Source of the DNA: Mucilaginibacter sp.
GTDB lineage: Bacteria; Bacteroidota; Bacteroidia; Sphingobacteriales; Sphingobacteriaceae
Assembly (NCBI GenBank): GCA_028287925.1
Contig: JAQBOS010000086.1
Location: 1-46,790 of the forward strand
Length of the DNA: 46,790 nucleotides
Direction of reading: 5' to 3'
Both the position numbers and the translations under genes were made by a program. Shown here in pieces: positions 8,425-16,894 of this stretch (position 1 is its first letter; every line of letters begins with the position of its first letter). Under the pieces are notes generated by a model. The model ran no database searches, was not told the DNA's origin, and worked only from the letters and a program-made list of their open reading frames with translations.

Positions 8425-10844
8425 TATGGTTGTTTTTGGTTAACCTGTGAAATAAAGGCAGGTAATGATTTTCCACTGTCTTTAAAATCCCCGATAAAGG
8501 CATCAAGGCCATCAGGGTAAGAACCGAAGCGGCTGGTGTAACTTTCCACGGCCGATTTCTCCGGTTTTTCTGTTGTATAAGTAAGGTATTGTTGCAGCGA
8601 AACTTCTACGCCGTAAACCTCTCCAACCGCGCCACGGCGGATATATACTTCTTTAAACCGCCCGCGATTTTCTGTGTTATCAAGCTGATTAATGGTAAAT
8701 ATTTTTCGGCGTTCGGTATCATTGATCGAAAGCAATGCCGCGATATCATTGTAGTTATCCTTGAATTTGGTTTGGTCCAGCAGGCAGATGGTATCGGAGT
8801 TATTGATGATGCTGTCTTTCACCACCGCATTTCCGATGATATCGCCCAGCTCCTGCGTAACAACAATCGCCTCTCCCCAAAACTTTCTAACGGTTTTATA
8901 TAAGTAGAGTAAATACCCTGCCATAAGCGGGCTGGCGATGGCTTTCCACGCCTCTTCGACCACCAAAGCTTTGCGCCTGTTCGACCGGTATCGCATTTTT
9001 TGGATGAAGACGTCCATAATCGTCAGTGTGACGAGTGGAAAGAGCGTCCTATTTTCCTTAATGGAATCAATTTCATACACAATAAAGCGCTCAGTAAACA
9101 ATGATTTATCGGTGTCTTCATTCAGTAACCGGGCAAACTCACCGCCTTTATAGAACTTTTTCAGGACATATTTAAACTCGTCAAAATCAAACACGATCTT
9201 TTCTTCGATCTTGATCTCAGGGATCTTTTCAAGGGCAAATTCATAAAAGGTATTGAAGCTTAAATCGCCATTTTTAGCAAAGAATGTGCTGTAGTAGGCT
9301 GAGATCACATTTGCGATTACATCGCGTTCCACCGGGCTTAGCGTTCCTTCAGCACCTTTCCAGGTTACCCCGATCAGCGTACATAGGAAATCTTTTTTTT
9401 CAATATTATATTCCGCTTCGGTGATGCGGAACGGGTTCATCGTAATGGGGTTTTTATCCGTGTAGGTGATATATTTCCCTTTATAGTAGGAACACAAGCC
9501 CGAATAAGAGTGTCCGGTATCCACAATCACCATATCCATGTTATAAAGCATGTATTGCTCGATGAGTGAATTCATGAAAAAAGACTTGCCGGAGCCACTG
9601 GGGCCGAGGCAAAACCGGTTTCTGTTATTAATCCTTCCGGAGCGCATTGGTAAGTCTGAAGGGTCTATACCAACGGGGATGCCCTGGCGGTCGGTAAACC
9701 TGACCAGGAAATCAGAAGGCTCGTCCTTTGGCAGGGATTCTTTAAAGAAAAAGCAGATAGCCGCATCACAGGTAGTCAGGAACCAATCGTATTCTTTTAA
9801 TTCTACTCCGTTCCCTGGCAGGGCGGTACGAAAAAGTTCCAGTTGGTTGTAGGCATTTTTGCTCGGGATAATCCCTAACTGGAAAAGCGAACTCTCGATA
9901 AAATTGACTGCCTTTTGTATCGTGGCAACCGGTGCCGCCACCATAATATTAAAATGGCAATTGACCAGCAACTGACTTTCGCGGGCAACGTCATTCAGTA
10001 GTAGATCAATATCTTCTACGCATAATTGATTGGCAGGATCAGGGATACCGGCGTGCCTTTTCTTTTTTTGCTCCAGCTTTCGGAGCGTCACTACCTGGTT
10101 TGGTATTTCAATAACCTGGTTATAAACGATCACATCCACACCGGGCACCTTAAAGAGGAATGACAGGAAGTCTACCGGGAACCCGCGCATGCTTTCCTTA
10201 TCATTTAATTCAATGTGAGTAGAAACATCGGGCGGCAGATCAATGCTGTCAATATTAACCAGGCTGATACAGCGTACCGATTTTTCTCCCATCCTGATCT
10301 CGGTTTCTGAGGGAGCAAGGTTATCAAGTACAATATTGGACCTGCCAAAGTCCATGCTGAGCAGTTGTAAAACCAACTGGTTCAACAGGCCCTCATTCAG
10401 TGCTTTTGGTGATGGTAGAATGTCCAACACCTTGCCGATAGCCTGCCTGAAATCACGCAATACACGTCCATCATAAACATAAAACGCGCCTTTTTTAATT
10501 TGGCGCGTAATGGTTAAATAGGTGGTAACTTGCAGACATTCTCGCCCGTCAAAATGGGCATTATACCGTTTTTGCAGGTATTCAGTGGCTGGCGGGCCTT
10601 TATAAGGGGAGCGGCTGATGATGTCCTGCTTTTGCAGGAGATAACCATCGCCTAATATTTTCACCACATTGATGAGCAGGTGGTGAAATTCATCATACCC
10701 TGCCGGGTAAGCAGAATAACGGATAACTGGGTTTACCAATTGAATGACAACTGAGCATTCGCCGTTAAGGCCGATGAGCAAATCGTATTCCCCATCTTTA
10801 TCCACTCCTGCATAGGGAATGTTAAACAAGGTTTTTACGGCCAT
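8424..10844 (-). CDS. traG: TraG conjugative ATPase (VirB4 family)
   Basis: Walker A GPSGSGKS, VIVDTGHSY, VVEEAW; likely start MAVKTLF at 10844 (ORF track 10934). Confidence 0.95.
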   Translation of the reverse strand: MAVKTLFNIPYAGVDKDGEYDLLIGLNGECSVVIQLVNPVIRYSAYPAGYDEFHHLLINVVKILGDGYLLQKQDIISRSPYKGPPATEYLQKRYNAHFDGRECLQVTTYLTITRQIKKGAFYVYDGRVLRDFRQAIGKVLDILPSPKALNEGLLNQLVLQLLSMDFGRSNIVLDNLAPSETEIRMGEKSVRCISLVNIDSIDLPPDVSTHIELNDKESMRGFPVDFLSFLFKVPGVDVIVYNQVIEIPNQVVTLRKLEQKKKRHAGIPDPANQLCVEDIDLLLNDVARESQLLVNCHFNIMVAAPVATIQKAVNFIESSLFQLGIIPSKNAYNQLELFRTALPGNGVELKEYDWFLTTCDAAICFFFKESLPKDEPSDFLVRFTDRQGIPVGIDPSDLPMRSGRINNRNRFCLGPSGSGKSFFMNSLIEQYMLYNMDMVIVDTGHSYSGLCSYYKGKYITYTDKNPITMNPFRITEAEYNIEKKDFLCTLIGVTWKGAEGTLSPVERDVIANVISAYYSTFFAKNGDLSFNTFYEFALEKIPEIKIEEKIVFDFDEFKYVLKKFYKGGEFARLLNEDTDKSLFTERFIVYEIDSIKENRTLFPLVTLTIMDVFIQKMRYRSNRRKALVVEEAWKAIASPLMAGYLLYLYKTVRKFWGEAIVVTQELGDIIGNAVVKDSIINNSDTICLLDQTKFKDNYNDIAALLSINDTERRKIFTINQLDNTENRGRFKEVYIRRGAVGEVYGVEVSLQQYLTYTTEKPEKSAVESYTSRFGSYPDGLDAFIGDFKDSGKSLPAFISQVNQKQP

Positions 10845-11109
10845 AATGATTAAGGATGTAAATGTTTGAGTTACGGCTTTTGGAATGAAGGCCGCCTTTT
10901 TGTTTGCTGGCAGTAAAGAGCAGACCGCCAACAATAAAGCCGATCAAGACCATGGCACCAAGCCACATATTGACAAGGGACATCGTTAAAGCACCAAATA
11001 CAAGTCCGGTCAGCAAAGAGGCGATGCCCCAGTAAATGAACTTGCCTTTGAAGCCTTTGAATATAAGGGGCCGTTGCAGCCCCTTATATACAGGATACTT
11101 CCTGGCCAT
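10822..11109 (-). CDS. traF: TraF (DUF4133, VirB3-like)
   Basis: YPVYKGLQRPLIFKGFKGKFIYW plus two TM helices; likely start at 11109. Confidence 0.85.
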   Translation of the reverse strand: MARKYPVYKGLQRPLIFKGFKGKFIYWGIASLLTGLVFGALTMSLVNMWLGAMVLIGFIVGGLLFTASKQKGGLHSKSRNSNIYILNHYGRKNLV

Positions 11110-11111
11110 GA

Positions 11112-11417
11112 TTACAAGCCGAAGAATGCTTTGATCACCAACGCGGAAACCACGAGAAAGACGCACGAGCCGCCCCACCCCATTAATTCCTTATTGATAT
11201 CTTGATCACCGCTGTTCCACTTTGAATAGACACGGATGGCACCAACGATACCAACGATGCCGCCAATCACCAAAGTAATATTGGTTACGGGGGCTACGTA
11301 AGTTTTTAAGGTAGAGGTAGCTGTGTTCAAGCCGTTAACGCCGCTTTGCGCAAACACGGGAACGGAAAGGGCCAGCAATACGGCTGAAGCCCATAACTTT
11401 TTTGTTTTTGAGAACAT
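11112..11417 (-). CDS. traE: TraE (DUF4134, pilin/VirB2-like)
   Basis: IGGIVGIVGAIRVYSKWNSGDQD..WGGSCVFL. Confidence 0.9.
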   Translation of the reverse strand: MFSKTKKLWASAVLLALSVPVFAQSGVNGLNTATSTLKTYVAPVTNITLVIGGIVGIVGAIRVYSKWNSGDQDINKELMGWGGSCVFLVVSALVIKAFFGL

Positions 11418-11427
11418 TAATTTGGAG

Positions 11428-11628
11428 AAAAAAATAAAGGCGGAGATCTTTTAGAGCCTGCCGGGAGCAGGCCGGTTATGCTAAAAGAGCGTTCAGATCA
11501 CGAACACGCCCCGATTATTTCACCCAAGATGGATGGCAGATTAAATACTGCCGATCAAATCCAATAAGGATTTGAACTTTGAAGAAAGTACAGACAGGAA
11601 TCTTTTAAAGCTTCCAGGTAGGAAGCAT
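11428..11628 (-). other. Hairpin-dense intergenic region between the two traE genes
   Basis: Back-to-back stems GCTTCC/GGAAGC, TCAAATCC/GGATTTGA, GGCAG/CTGCC, TCTTTTAG..GCCTGC/GCAGGC..CTAAAAGA, closed by GGCG/CGCC and a T-tract. Confidence 0.5.
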
Positions 11629-11645
11629 TTAAGAAAAACAGGCAA

Positions 11646-11936
11646 TCAGATTCCGAACAATGCCCGTAAAAAAGGACCCGACAGGATCATAAAAAAGGAT
11701 GCAAAAAACCAGGCTGCTACAGCAGAATCTATCTGATCCTTACCCATCTGCCAGTTATGGTAAATTCTAAGTCCGCCTAACAAGCCAAATAAACAGGCCA
11801 GTACCATACAACAGTCAAAGGCGGAAAAGAAGGAGGAAGACAGGTCTTGTTGAGCCTGCTGCATTTCGGCGATGCCAGGTTGTGCAAATACCGTTGCGCC
11901 GAAAAAGCAGCAACAAACAAACAGGAGAAATTTCAT
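11646..11936 (-). CDS. traE: Second TraE-like protein (DUF4134)
   Basis: LFGLLGGLRIYHNWQMGKDQI..AAWFFAS.F. Confidence 0.8.
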   Translation of the reverse strand: MKFLLFVCCCFFGATVFAQPGIAEMQQAQQDLSSSFFSAFDCCMVLACLFGLLGGLRIYHNWQMGKDQIDSAVAAWFFASFFMILSGPFLRALFGI

Positions 11937-11939
11937 TAA

Positions 11940-12224
11940 TTAGAAGCTAACTGATTTTATGTACTCGACCGATTCCTCACGGGCGAGATTGAAAAGCTGT
12001 TTAAGGCTTACACCACCGGAAAAAGCAATAGAAGATTCCTTACCTGAACCGGTTATTTCCTCTACAAGTGATTTAATGGGATTGATGTCCTCCACAAAAG
12101 TGAGTTCATGTTTGTCAGTTCCAATTTCCCCGCGATTAGTTCGCAGATTATCCCAAAAGATGATTGCTACATAATATATCGAGTAGATACCAAGCAGCCA
12201 GATTGCAAATTTTAACCAAGTCAT
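11940..12224 (-). CDS. Small N-terminally membrane-anchored ICE protein
   Basis: TM helix ending YYVAIIFWD; ATGA-coupled to the upstream gene. Confidence 0.7.
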   Translation of the reverse strand: MTWLKFAIWLLGIYSIYYVAIIFWDNLRTNRGEIGTDKHELTFVEDINPIKSLVEEITGSGKESSIAFSGGVSLKQLFNLAREESVEYIKSVSF

Positions 12225-12836
12225 AATTCTGTGTTTTGAATAAATTGTTTGATGATAGTTTTGAGTTCCGGATTGGTCTCAAAAAGATATTTGACGGAGA
12301 AAGCGACCAATTTGGTGTTCTCCACACCGGTCGCCATTTTAAATTTGTTGATCAGATCGATTGTGTTTGCGTCAAAGCGGATATGTGCCATACTTTTATG
12401 ATTGCTGTTGTCATAAGCAAATAGTGACCTGAGTACAGTTTCATGGACTAAAACAGTCTGCTGCCCTACCTTTGTTGGCTTTTCAAGTTTTTCAGCTTTA
12501 GGAGAAGGGAGAGGCGCTGTAGGTGTTTCATTAATTATATTTTCGGTGCTTTTCCAGCGCGAGCAGTCCCAAAGGATGATGACCGTATAATAGGCTGCAT
12601 AGGTACACAGCATTCCGAGCAATAATTTTATCCGTGTCATAAGTAAGTGTTTTGAATAAATTGTTTGATGATGGTTTTGAGTTCGGGATGGGCCTCGATA
12701 AACTGCTTGACAGAAAAGATGACGAATTTGGTGGCATCCACGCCGGTCGCAATCTTGAACTGGCTCAGAAAATCCACTGTCTGTTTATCAAACCGATAAT
12801 GCACCATTGTTTTATGATCACAATTGTCGTAGTCAC
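12151..12836. repeat. Diverged direct duplication of about 270 bp at a 416-bp offset
   Basis: 12151-12420 resembles 12567-12836 (for example GTGTTTTGAATAAATTGTTTGATGAT and TCCCAAArGATGAT occur in both). Confidence 0.85.
12221..12640 (-). CDS. Chimeric protein: TM anchor plus RHH-like domain
   Basis: N-terminus resembles the 11940-12224 product; C-terminus resembles the 12637-12996 product. Confidence 0.7.
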   Translation of the reverse strand: MTRIKLLLGMLCTYAAYYTVIILWDCSRWKSTENIINETPTAPLPSPKAEKLEKPTKVGQQTVLVHETVLRSLFAYDNSNHKSMAHIRFDANTIDLINKFKMATGVENTKLVAFSVKYLFETNPELKTIIKQFIQNTEL

Positions 12837-12996
12837 GTAAGGCATCTATTATGGGCGGCACTAATGGCTTATTTTCTTTTTTCTTCGGCGTTCCGCTTTT
12901 TCCCACTTCTGTTTTTGATGGAGTTGCCTGTGCTTTGTCGCCCGGCTTTGTCATTTGTTCTCGAAGCTGGTCAGCTAATGATTTCATTTTTTCCAT
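12637..12996 (-). CDS. ParA partner, putative ribbon-helix-helix DNA-binding protein
   Basis: Overlaps the parA end; low-complexity N-terminus, then a strand (MVHYRFD) and two predicted helices. Confidence 0.6.
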   Translation of the reverse strand: MEKMKSLADQLREQMTKPGDKAQATPSKTEVGKSGTPKKKENKPLVPPIIDALRDYDNCDHKTMVHYRFDKQTVDFLSQFKIATGVDATKFVIFSVKQFIEAHPELKTIIKQFIQNTYL

Positions 12997-13610
12997 AAGC
13001 GGTCGGCAAATATTTCTTCAAAAACCGGGGTGATGATCCCATCAAGTGATAAAGGGGTCTGAAAGGTGGTAATGCGCTGAAAATCGATACGGTCAGGAAT
13101 CATAGCGGAGATCTTACCGAACCTGGAAAGCTGTTCGTTTACTTCGCTCATGATCTCAAACTTGACATTTGCTTTGATACGGTTGGGAATAAAAACCACT
13201 TCTATTTTGGGATTGACTTTTTTAAGTACGACCGTAAACAACACCGTTGACTCAAATGTGAACTCGTCATAAGAGAACGGGCAGATCACCAGGTCGGCAG
13301 ATTTAAAGACGGGGATCAGTCCGTCGTCATCGAGTTTACCGGGCAAGTCGATCAGCACTGCATCCTTTTTATTTTTCGTTAGAACTGGGATTAACAGGGC
13401 AAAACTTTCCAGGTTTGCCGGTAAAACATCATACGGTTCGTCGTTTTCCAGCACTTTGGCCTTTTCAAATTTCTGACAAATAGATTGCTGGTAATCCATA
13501 TCGATGATGGTCACTGGCCAGTCTTTAGCCAGGCTCAGGTAGTTCCCTGCCAGGACTGTAAGCGTACTTTTTCCAACGCCGCCCTTTTGGTTGCCAAATA
13601 AACAGATCAT
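12984..13610 (-). CDS. parA: ParA-family ATPase (short type, no N-terminal HTH)
   Basis: Deviant Walker A NQKGGVGKST, IDMDYQ, LIDLPG. Confidence 0.92.
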   Translation of the reverse strand: MICLFGNQKGGVGKSTLTVLAGNYLSLAKDWPVTIIDMDYQQSICQKFEKAKVLENDEPYDVLPANLESFALLIPVLTKNKKDAVLIDLPGKLDDDGLIPVFKSADLVICPFSYDEFTFESTVLFTVVLKKVNPKIEVVFIPNRIKANVKFEIMSEVNEQLSRFGKISAMIPDRIDFQRITTFQTPLSLDGIITPVFEEIFADRLWKK

Positions 13611-13631
13611 AGTTCTTCATGGGTTTATCCC

Positions 13632-14624
13632 TTAGCGGGTGTTTGTTCTTGCTTTTTTTTGTCGCCGGCGCTTCATGCCAAGCACCTGCTGGTCGTCCAC
13701 GTCATCAGAAATCATCACTGGCCTGATGTACACAGGTTCCGGTGCGTTTTCGGAGTAATAGGTGACGGCATCATTACTGAGATAATCAGGCAATTCTATT
13801 AGTGTTGGTTTAAACTCCTGCTCAACCTTGATATGCTCGTCCAGCAAGATTTTCAGATTTACAATTTCGCTTCCCTTAAAAACCTGCCTGGTTGCATGAT
13901 CAATTACAGTATAACCATAGGGGGTTTTACCTTCGGAGGAGTGGAACATGAGGTCAATTCCATATTGGGAATGCATCAACGCTACGAATTCAGCGGTTCC
14001 TTTTTTTGCTATAAACAATTTCTTCAGTTCCACGATCCTTGCTATATCCGGTTGATAAGCATTTAATTTTTTTTGAAGCTTTTTCTCATCAAGGTAGTCT
14101 CTTCCAAGATAGCCCTGGTTTTCAAGGATCAGGTAGAACTGAGCTCTGGTGCTGAACCGGTATTGCATCGCGAAGTCATAACCCAATACCTTATTAATAT
14201 TCCTTACCGCGCGTACCTGTTCATAATCCCTGTCTATTTGTTTACCGTCTTTTCCTACACGTGAGCTGACCAGGTGTACGTGATTATTCTCTGTGTCTTT
14301 ATGGAAAACGATCAGGTAAGGTTGGTCGCCATATTTCATTTCTTTTAGCCACATCACCGCAGCTTTGGTTAATTCCTGCTTGTTATAGTTCCGGCCATTG
14401 GCTGAAATAACTGCATGGAATTGCGTATTTTTCATGGCCTTGTTTTGCCCAGCAATCATCAACAAATAATTCACCAGATCCTGCGGGCGCGGATTAGCCA
14501 GGGCCTGAATTGCACCGAAGTTGGCGATCAGCATCAGTTCACCGGTGCTGCGGTCTACCTTATTCGTATTATACTTTACCCCTGCAAATGTCCTTGATGG
14601 TCTTTCGAGGATATGGGCAATCAT
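13632..14624 (-). CDS. Relaxase / mobilization nuclease (MOBP-like)
   Basis: GVKYN (catalytic Tyr), FHAVIS, YLIVFHKDTENNHVHLV (3H motif); likely start MIAHIL at 14624. Confidence 0.9.
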   Translation of the reverse strand: MIAHILERPSRTFAGVKYNTNKVDRSTGELMLIANFGAIQALANPRPQDLVNYLLMIAGQNKAMKNTQFHAVISANGRNYNKQELTKAAVMWLKEMKYGDQPYLIVFHKDTENNHVHLVSSRVGKDGKQIDRDYEQVRAVRNINKVLGYDFAMQYRFSTRAQFYLILENQGYLGRDYLDEKKLQKKLNAYQPDIARIVELKKLFIAKKGTAEFVALMHSQYGIDLMFHSSEGKTPYGYTVIDHATRQVFKGSEIVNLKILLDEHIKVEQEFKPTLIELPDYLSNDAVTYYSENAPEPVYIRPVMISDDVDDQQVLGMKRRRQKKARTNTR

Positions 14625-14652
14625 GTCTTTTGGCGTAATGTAGTAGTCGGGT

Positions 14653-14880
14653 AATCCGTTCACAAGTAGATCAGGAAATCAGCCAATCTTACAAACAATC
14701 GATCTCTGTGGGTGGAGAACCGGCGATCTTGAAATCTTACGATCAACGTAGCCATAGATATTAAAATCAGGTTATCCTACGATCTATCGATCACTATCTC
14801 TACCGATCTCCCAATCAACCGATCCAGCAATCTAATTACCATCCAATCTTACGATCTATAGTTCTCACTATCTGTAGATT
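14653..14880. repeat. Array of (A/G)ATC boxes in strict 8-bp phase; candidate centromere or operator
   Basis: ATC starts at 19 of 28 in-phase slots between 14654 and 14870. Confidence 0.8.
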
Positions 14881-14916
14881 TACTGGAGTGCTGCATTCTA
14901 ATAAAAAATGTTTGGC

Positions 14917-15327
14917 TTATATGCCCATCGCTCGTATGATCTTGCGGAGGGAGATTTCAAATTGCTGTTGAATTTTGATATATTCTTCGAACAACCGGTT
15001 AAACTGGACGATAATTGTCGAATTTAGATGTCCTTGCAGTTTTAACGTGTTGGCGTGTTTGGCCAGTTGGTTTATGTTATTGCCTATACGGCCCATCTCG
15101 GCCCCCGCACTGTCTAAATACCTGATCAGTTCCCTGGAGTTAATAACCGTTTTCTTTGCATCGGATAAAATCCGCATCCTGATCAAATCTGTTTTGGATA
15201 CCCCCAACTCTTTTTCCAATTCAGTAACTTCCCTGAATTCCTCTTCAGTAAACCTGACGTTAATAAACTTGCTTCTCCTGCCTTTTTCCAATTTCGGCCT
15301 CCCAGTCAGCTTTTTAAAGTCAGCCAT
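14917..15327 (-). CDS. mobC: Relaxosome accessory protein MobC (RHH)
   Basis: GRPKL, INVRFTEEE, RIGNNINQLAKHAN; likely start MADFKK at 15327. Confidence 0.9.
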   Translation of the reverse strand: MADFKKLTGRPKLEKGRRSKFINVRFTEEEFREVTELEKELGVSKTDLIRMRILSDAKKTVINSRELIRYLDSAGAEMGRIGNNINQLAKHANTLKLQGHLNSTIIVQFNRLFEEYIKIQQQFEISLRKIIRAMGI

Positions 15328-15336
15328 AGAAAAAAC

Positions 15337-15407
15337 GAGTTGCGAAGTTTTTTTATCTTCCCCCGGAAGGGCAAGAGACTTTTTGTGAAACAAAAAGACA
15401 TCTTGCC
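15337..15407. other. Candidate origin of transfer (oriT) region
   Basis: Imperfect inverted repeat GGCAAGAGACTTTTTGT-GAA-ACAAAAAGACATCTTGCC (15370-15407) directly upstream of mobC-relaxase. Confidence 0.55.
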
Positions 15408-15537
15408 GTTGCAAAAGCAACGGAAATCCTGATTAATAATTTGGGATTTCTACTGTTAAATAAAAAGTTGGGGGGCTGTTCTGCCACTATCTGTTCCCTC
15501 GCTATTTTGACAAAATCTATTGGTTTCAGCCAAACAT

Positions 15538-16479
15538 CTACCTTCCAAATGGTACACGTACTTTAGAGAAGAAATCATTCTTTTTTCCTTCCTCAGCTAC
15601 CGGCAATTTCAGTTGTAACTTGATTTTTTGATTATAATCATTAAACCCTATATAAACAGATGAGCGGTCAGAAGCGTACGGCAAAGCCTTTAAAAAGTCG
15701 CGGGTTGCTGTAATACCACCTTTATCGCGGTCAAAAAATATATCCAGGGCAGAGAAGCCCATCGCTTTTTTAATCCCTTGTTGTAATAAGTTTACAGAAT
15801 TCAGCACGATAATACTATGGTCTCCTTCAGGGTTTTCAAGACGCCAGCTTAAAAAGTCGATAAAGCCTTCGAATACGGCAGCCTTTTTCGGATGCCCAGG
15901 AATGAAAGTAATTCCCTTATGGCCTGTACATCCTTTAAAATACCGGTTCCTGACCTCCCATGAATTGTTCTCATTGAGCCACCCTGCAGCGAAATAATGT
16001 TTACGAACATCGTTATCATCCTCGGTATAATAATATACTTCACTGAGGTAAAATTTAGCGACCTCGAATACGCCACGACTTTTCAGATAATCAGTTATTG
16101 CAGGATGAACCCCTAATGGTTTTACCCGTTCAACAACCTGGTAAACTTTAGACGGTTTACGGGGCCGCATTACCTTTTGTTCAATGGGCTCGATGGAACA
16201 TACCTGTTGGATTTTTTTGACAACTTCATTGAATCCTAAATTTTTCCAATAGGCCAAACCAAAATCGATGATGTTGCCTCCTTTACCCGCTCCATGGTCA
16301 AACCATACACCGAGGTCATCGTTTACACTAAAGGATGGATCAGTATCGTCATCCCGCAACATACTGATATACATTTTTTCACGACCCCGTTTGGGAACGG
16401 GCTGATACCCCAAACGACTTAACAGGTCTACCAAAGAGGCCTGCTCTTTAAGTTCTCTGGCGGTTAATAACTTATTCAT
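15538..16479 (-). CDS. DNA primase-like Toprim protein (TraP-like)
   Basis: PSFSV..WFDHGAGKGGNIIDF; Toprim VFEGFIDFLS and FFDRD; likely start MNKLLTA at 16479. Confidence 0.85.
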   Translation of the reverse strand: MNKLLTARELKEQASLVDLLSRLGYQPVPKRGREKMYISMLRDDDTDPSFSVNDDLGVWFDHGAGKGGNIIDFGLAYWKNLGFNEVVKKIQQVCSIEPIEQKVMRPRKPSKVYQVVERVKPLGVHPAITDYLKSRGVFEVAKFYLSEVYYYTEDDNDVRKHYFAAGWLNENNSWEVRNRYFKGCTGHKGITFIPGHPKKAAVFEGFIDFLSWRLENPEGDHSIIVLNSVNLLQQGIKKAMGFSALDIFFDRDKGGITATRDFLKALPYASDRSSVYIGFNDYNQKIKLQLKLPVAEEGKKNDFFSKVRVPFGR

Positions 16480-16519
16480 AAATAAAAGATTTGAGTTAAA
16501 TAGAAAGCCGGTTACCGGC

Positions 16520-16557
16520 AAAAAATAAAAAACACCGCATTTCAGAATTGCGGTGTT
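16520..16557 (-). terminator. Intrinsic terminator just upstream of the first transfer gene
   Basis: AACACCGCA/TGCGGTGTT stem followed on the minus strand by TTTTATTTTTT. Confidence 0.7.
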
Positions 16558-16757
16558 ATAGCTAATGATAAGCTAAATGTACCGGCAGCGGGTATCGAGC
16601 CCGATAATTCGCTTCTGCCAGTATATATTTTCGGGATTACTCACGTCAGATCCTACGATCCGGGCTATTCACCTGCCTTCGCGTTTTCAGATTATTGCGG
16701 TTTTACGCTCACCTTCGCGAAATTTCCGGCTTCTCGCCGGATAATGCTTTATCCCCT

Positions 16758-16799
16758 AATGTCAAATAACGCTTGTTTTACAATCAGTTGAGCTGATTG
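16758..16799 (-). promoter_or_regulatory. Hairpin plus boxA-like sequence in the transfer-operon leader
   Basis: CAATCAG-CTCAA-CTGATTG hairpin followed 10 nt later by GTTATTTGACATT. Confidence 0.4.
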
Positions 16800-16862
16800 A
16801 TCGACTACTATTGTTGTAATCGTTGAAGCAAAGCAAGCGGAAATGGGGATGCGCATCCAGTG

Positions 16863-16894
16863 AAGGGGGGTGAAACAAATTTTTCACCCCCCTT
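16863..16894. promoter_or_regulatory. Perfect 13-bp inverted repeat, candidate operator of the transfer promoter
   Basis: AAGGGGGGTGAAA-CAAATT-TTTCACCCCCCTT. Confidence 0.55.

Noticed and set aside
733-15388. Numerous plus-strand ORFs (for example 733-1287, 8589-8903, 14975-15388)
   Set aside because: Antisense to well-supported tra/mob genes, with no recognisable motifs
16580-16623. tRNA gene
   Set aside because: Lacks D and anticodon arms; kept only as a tRNA-like motif
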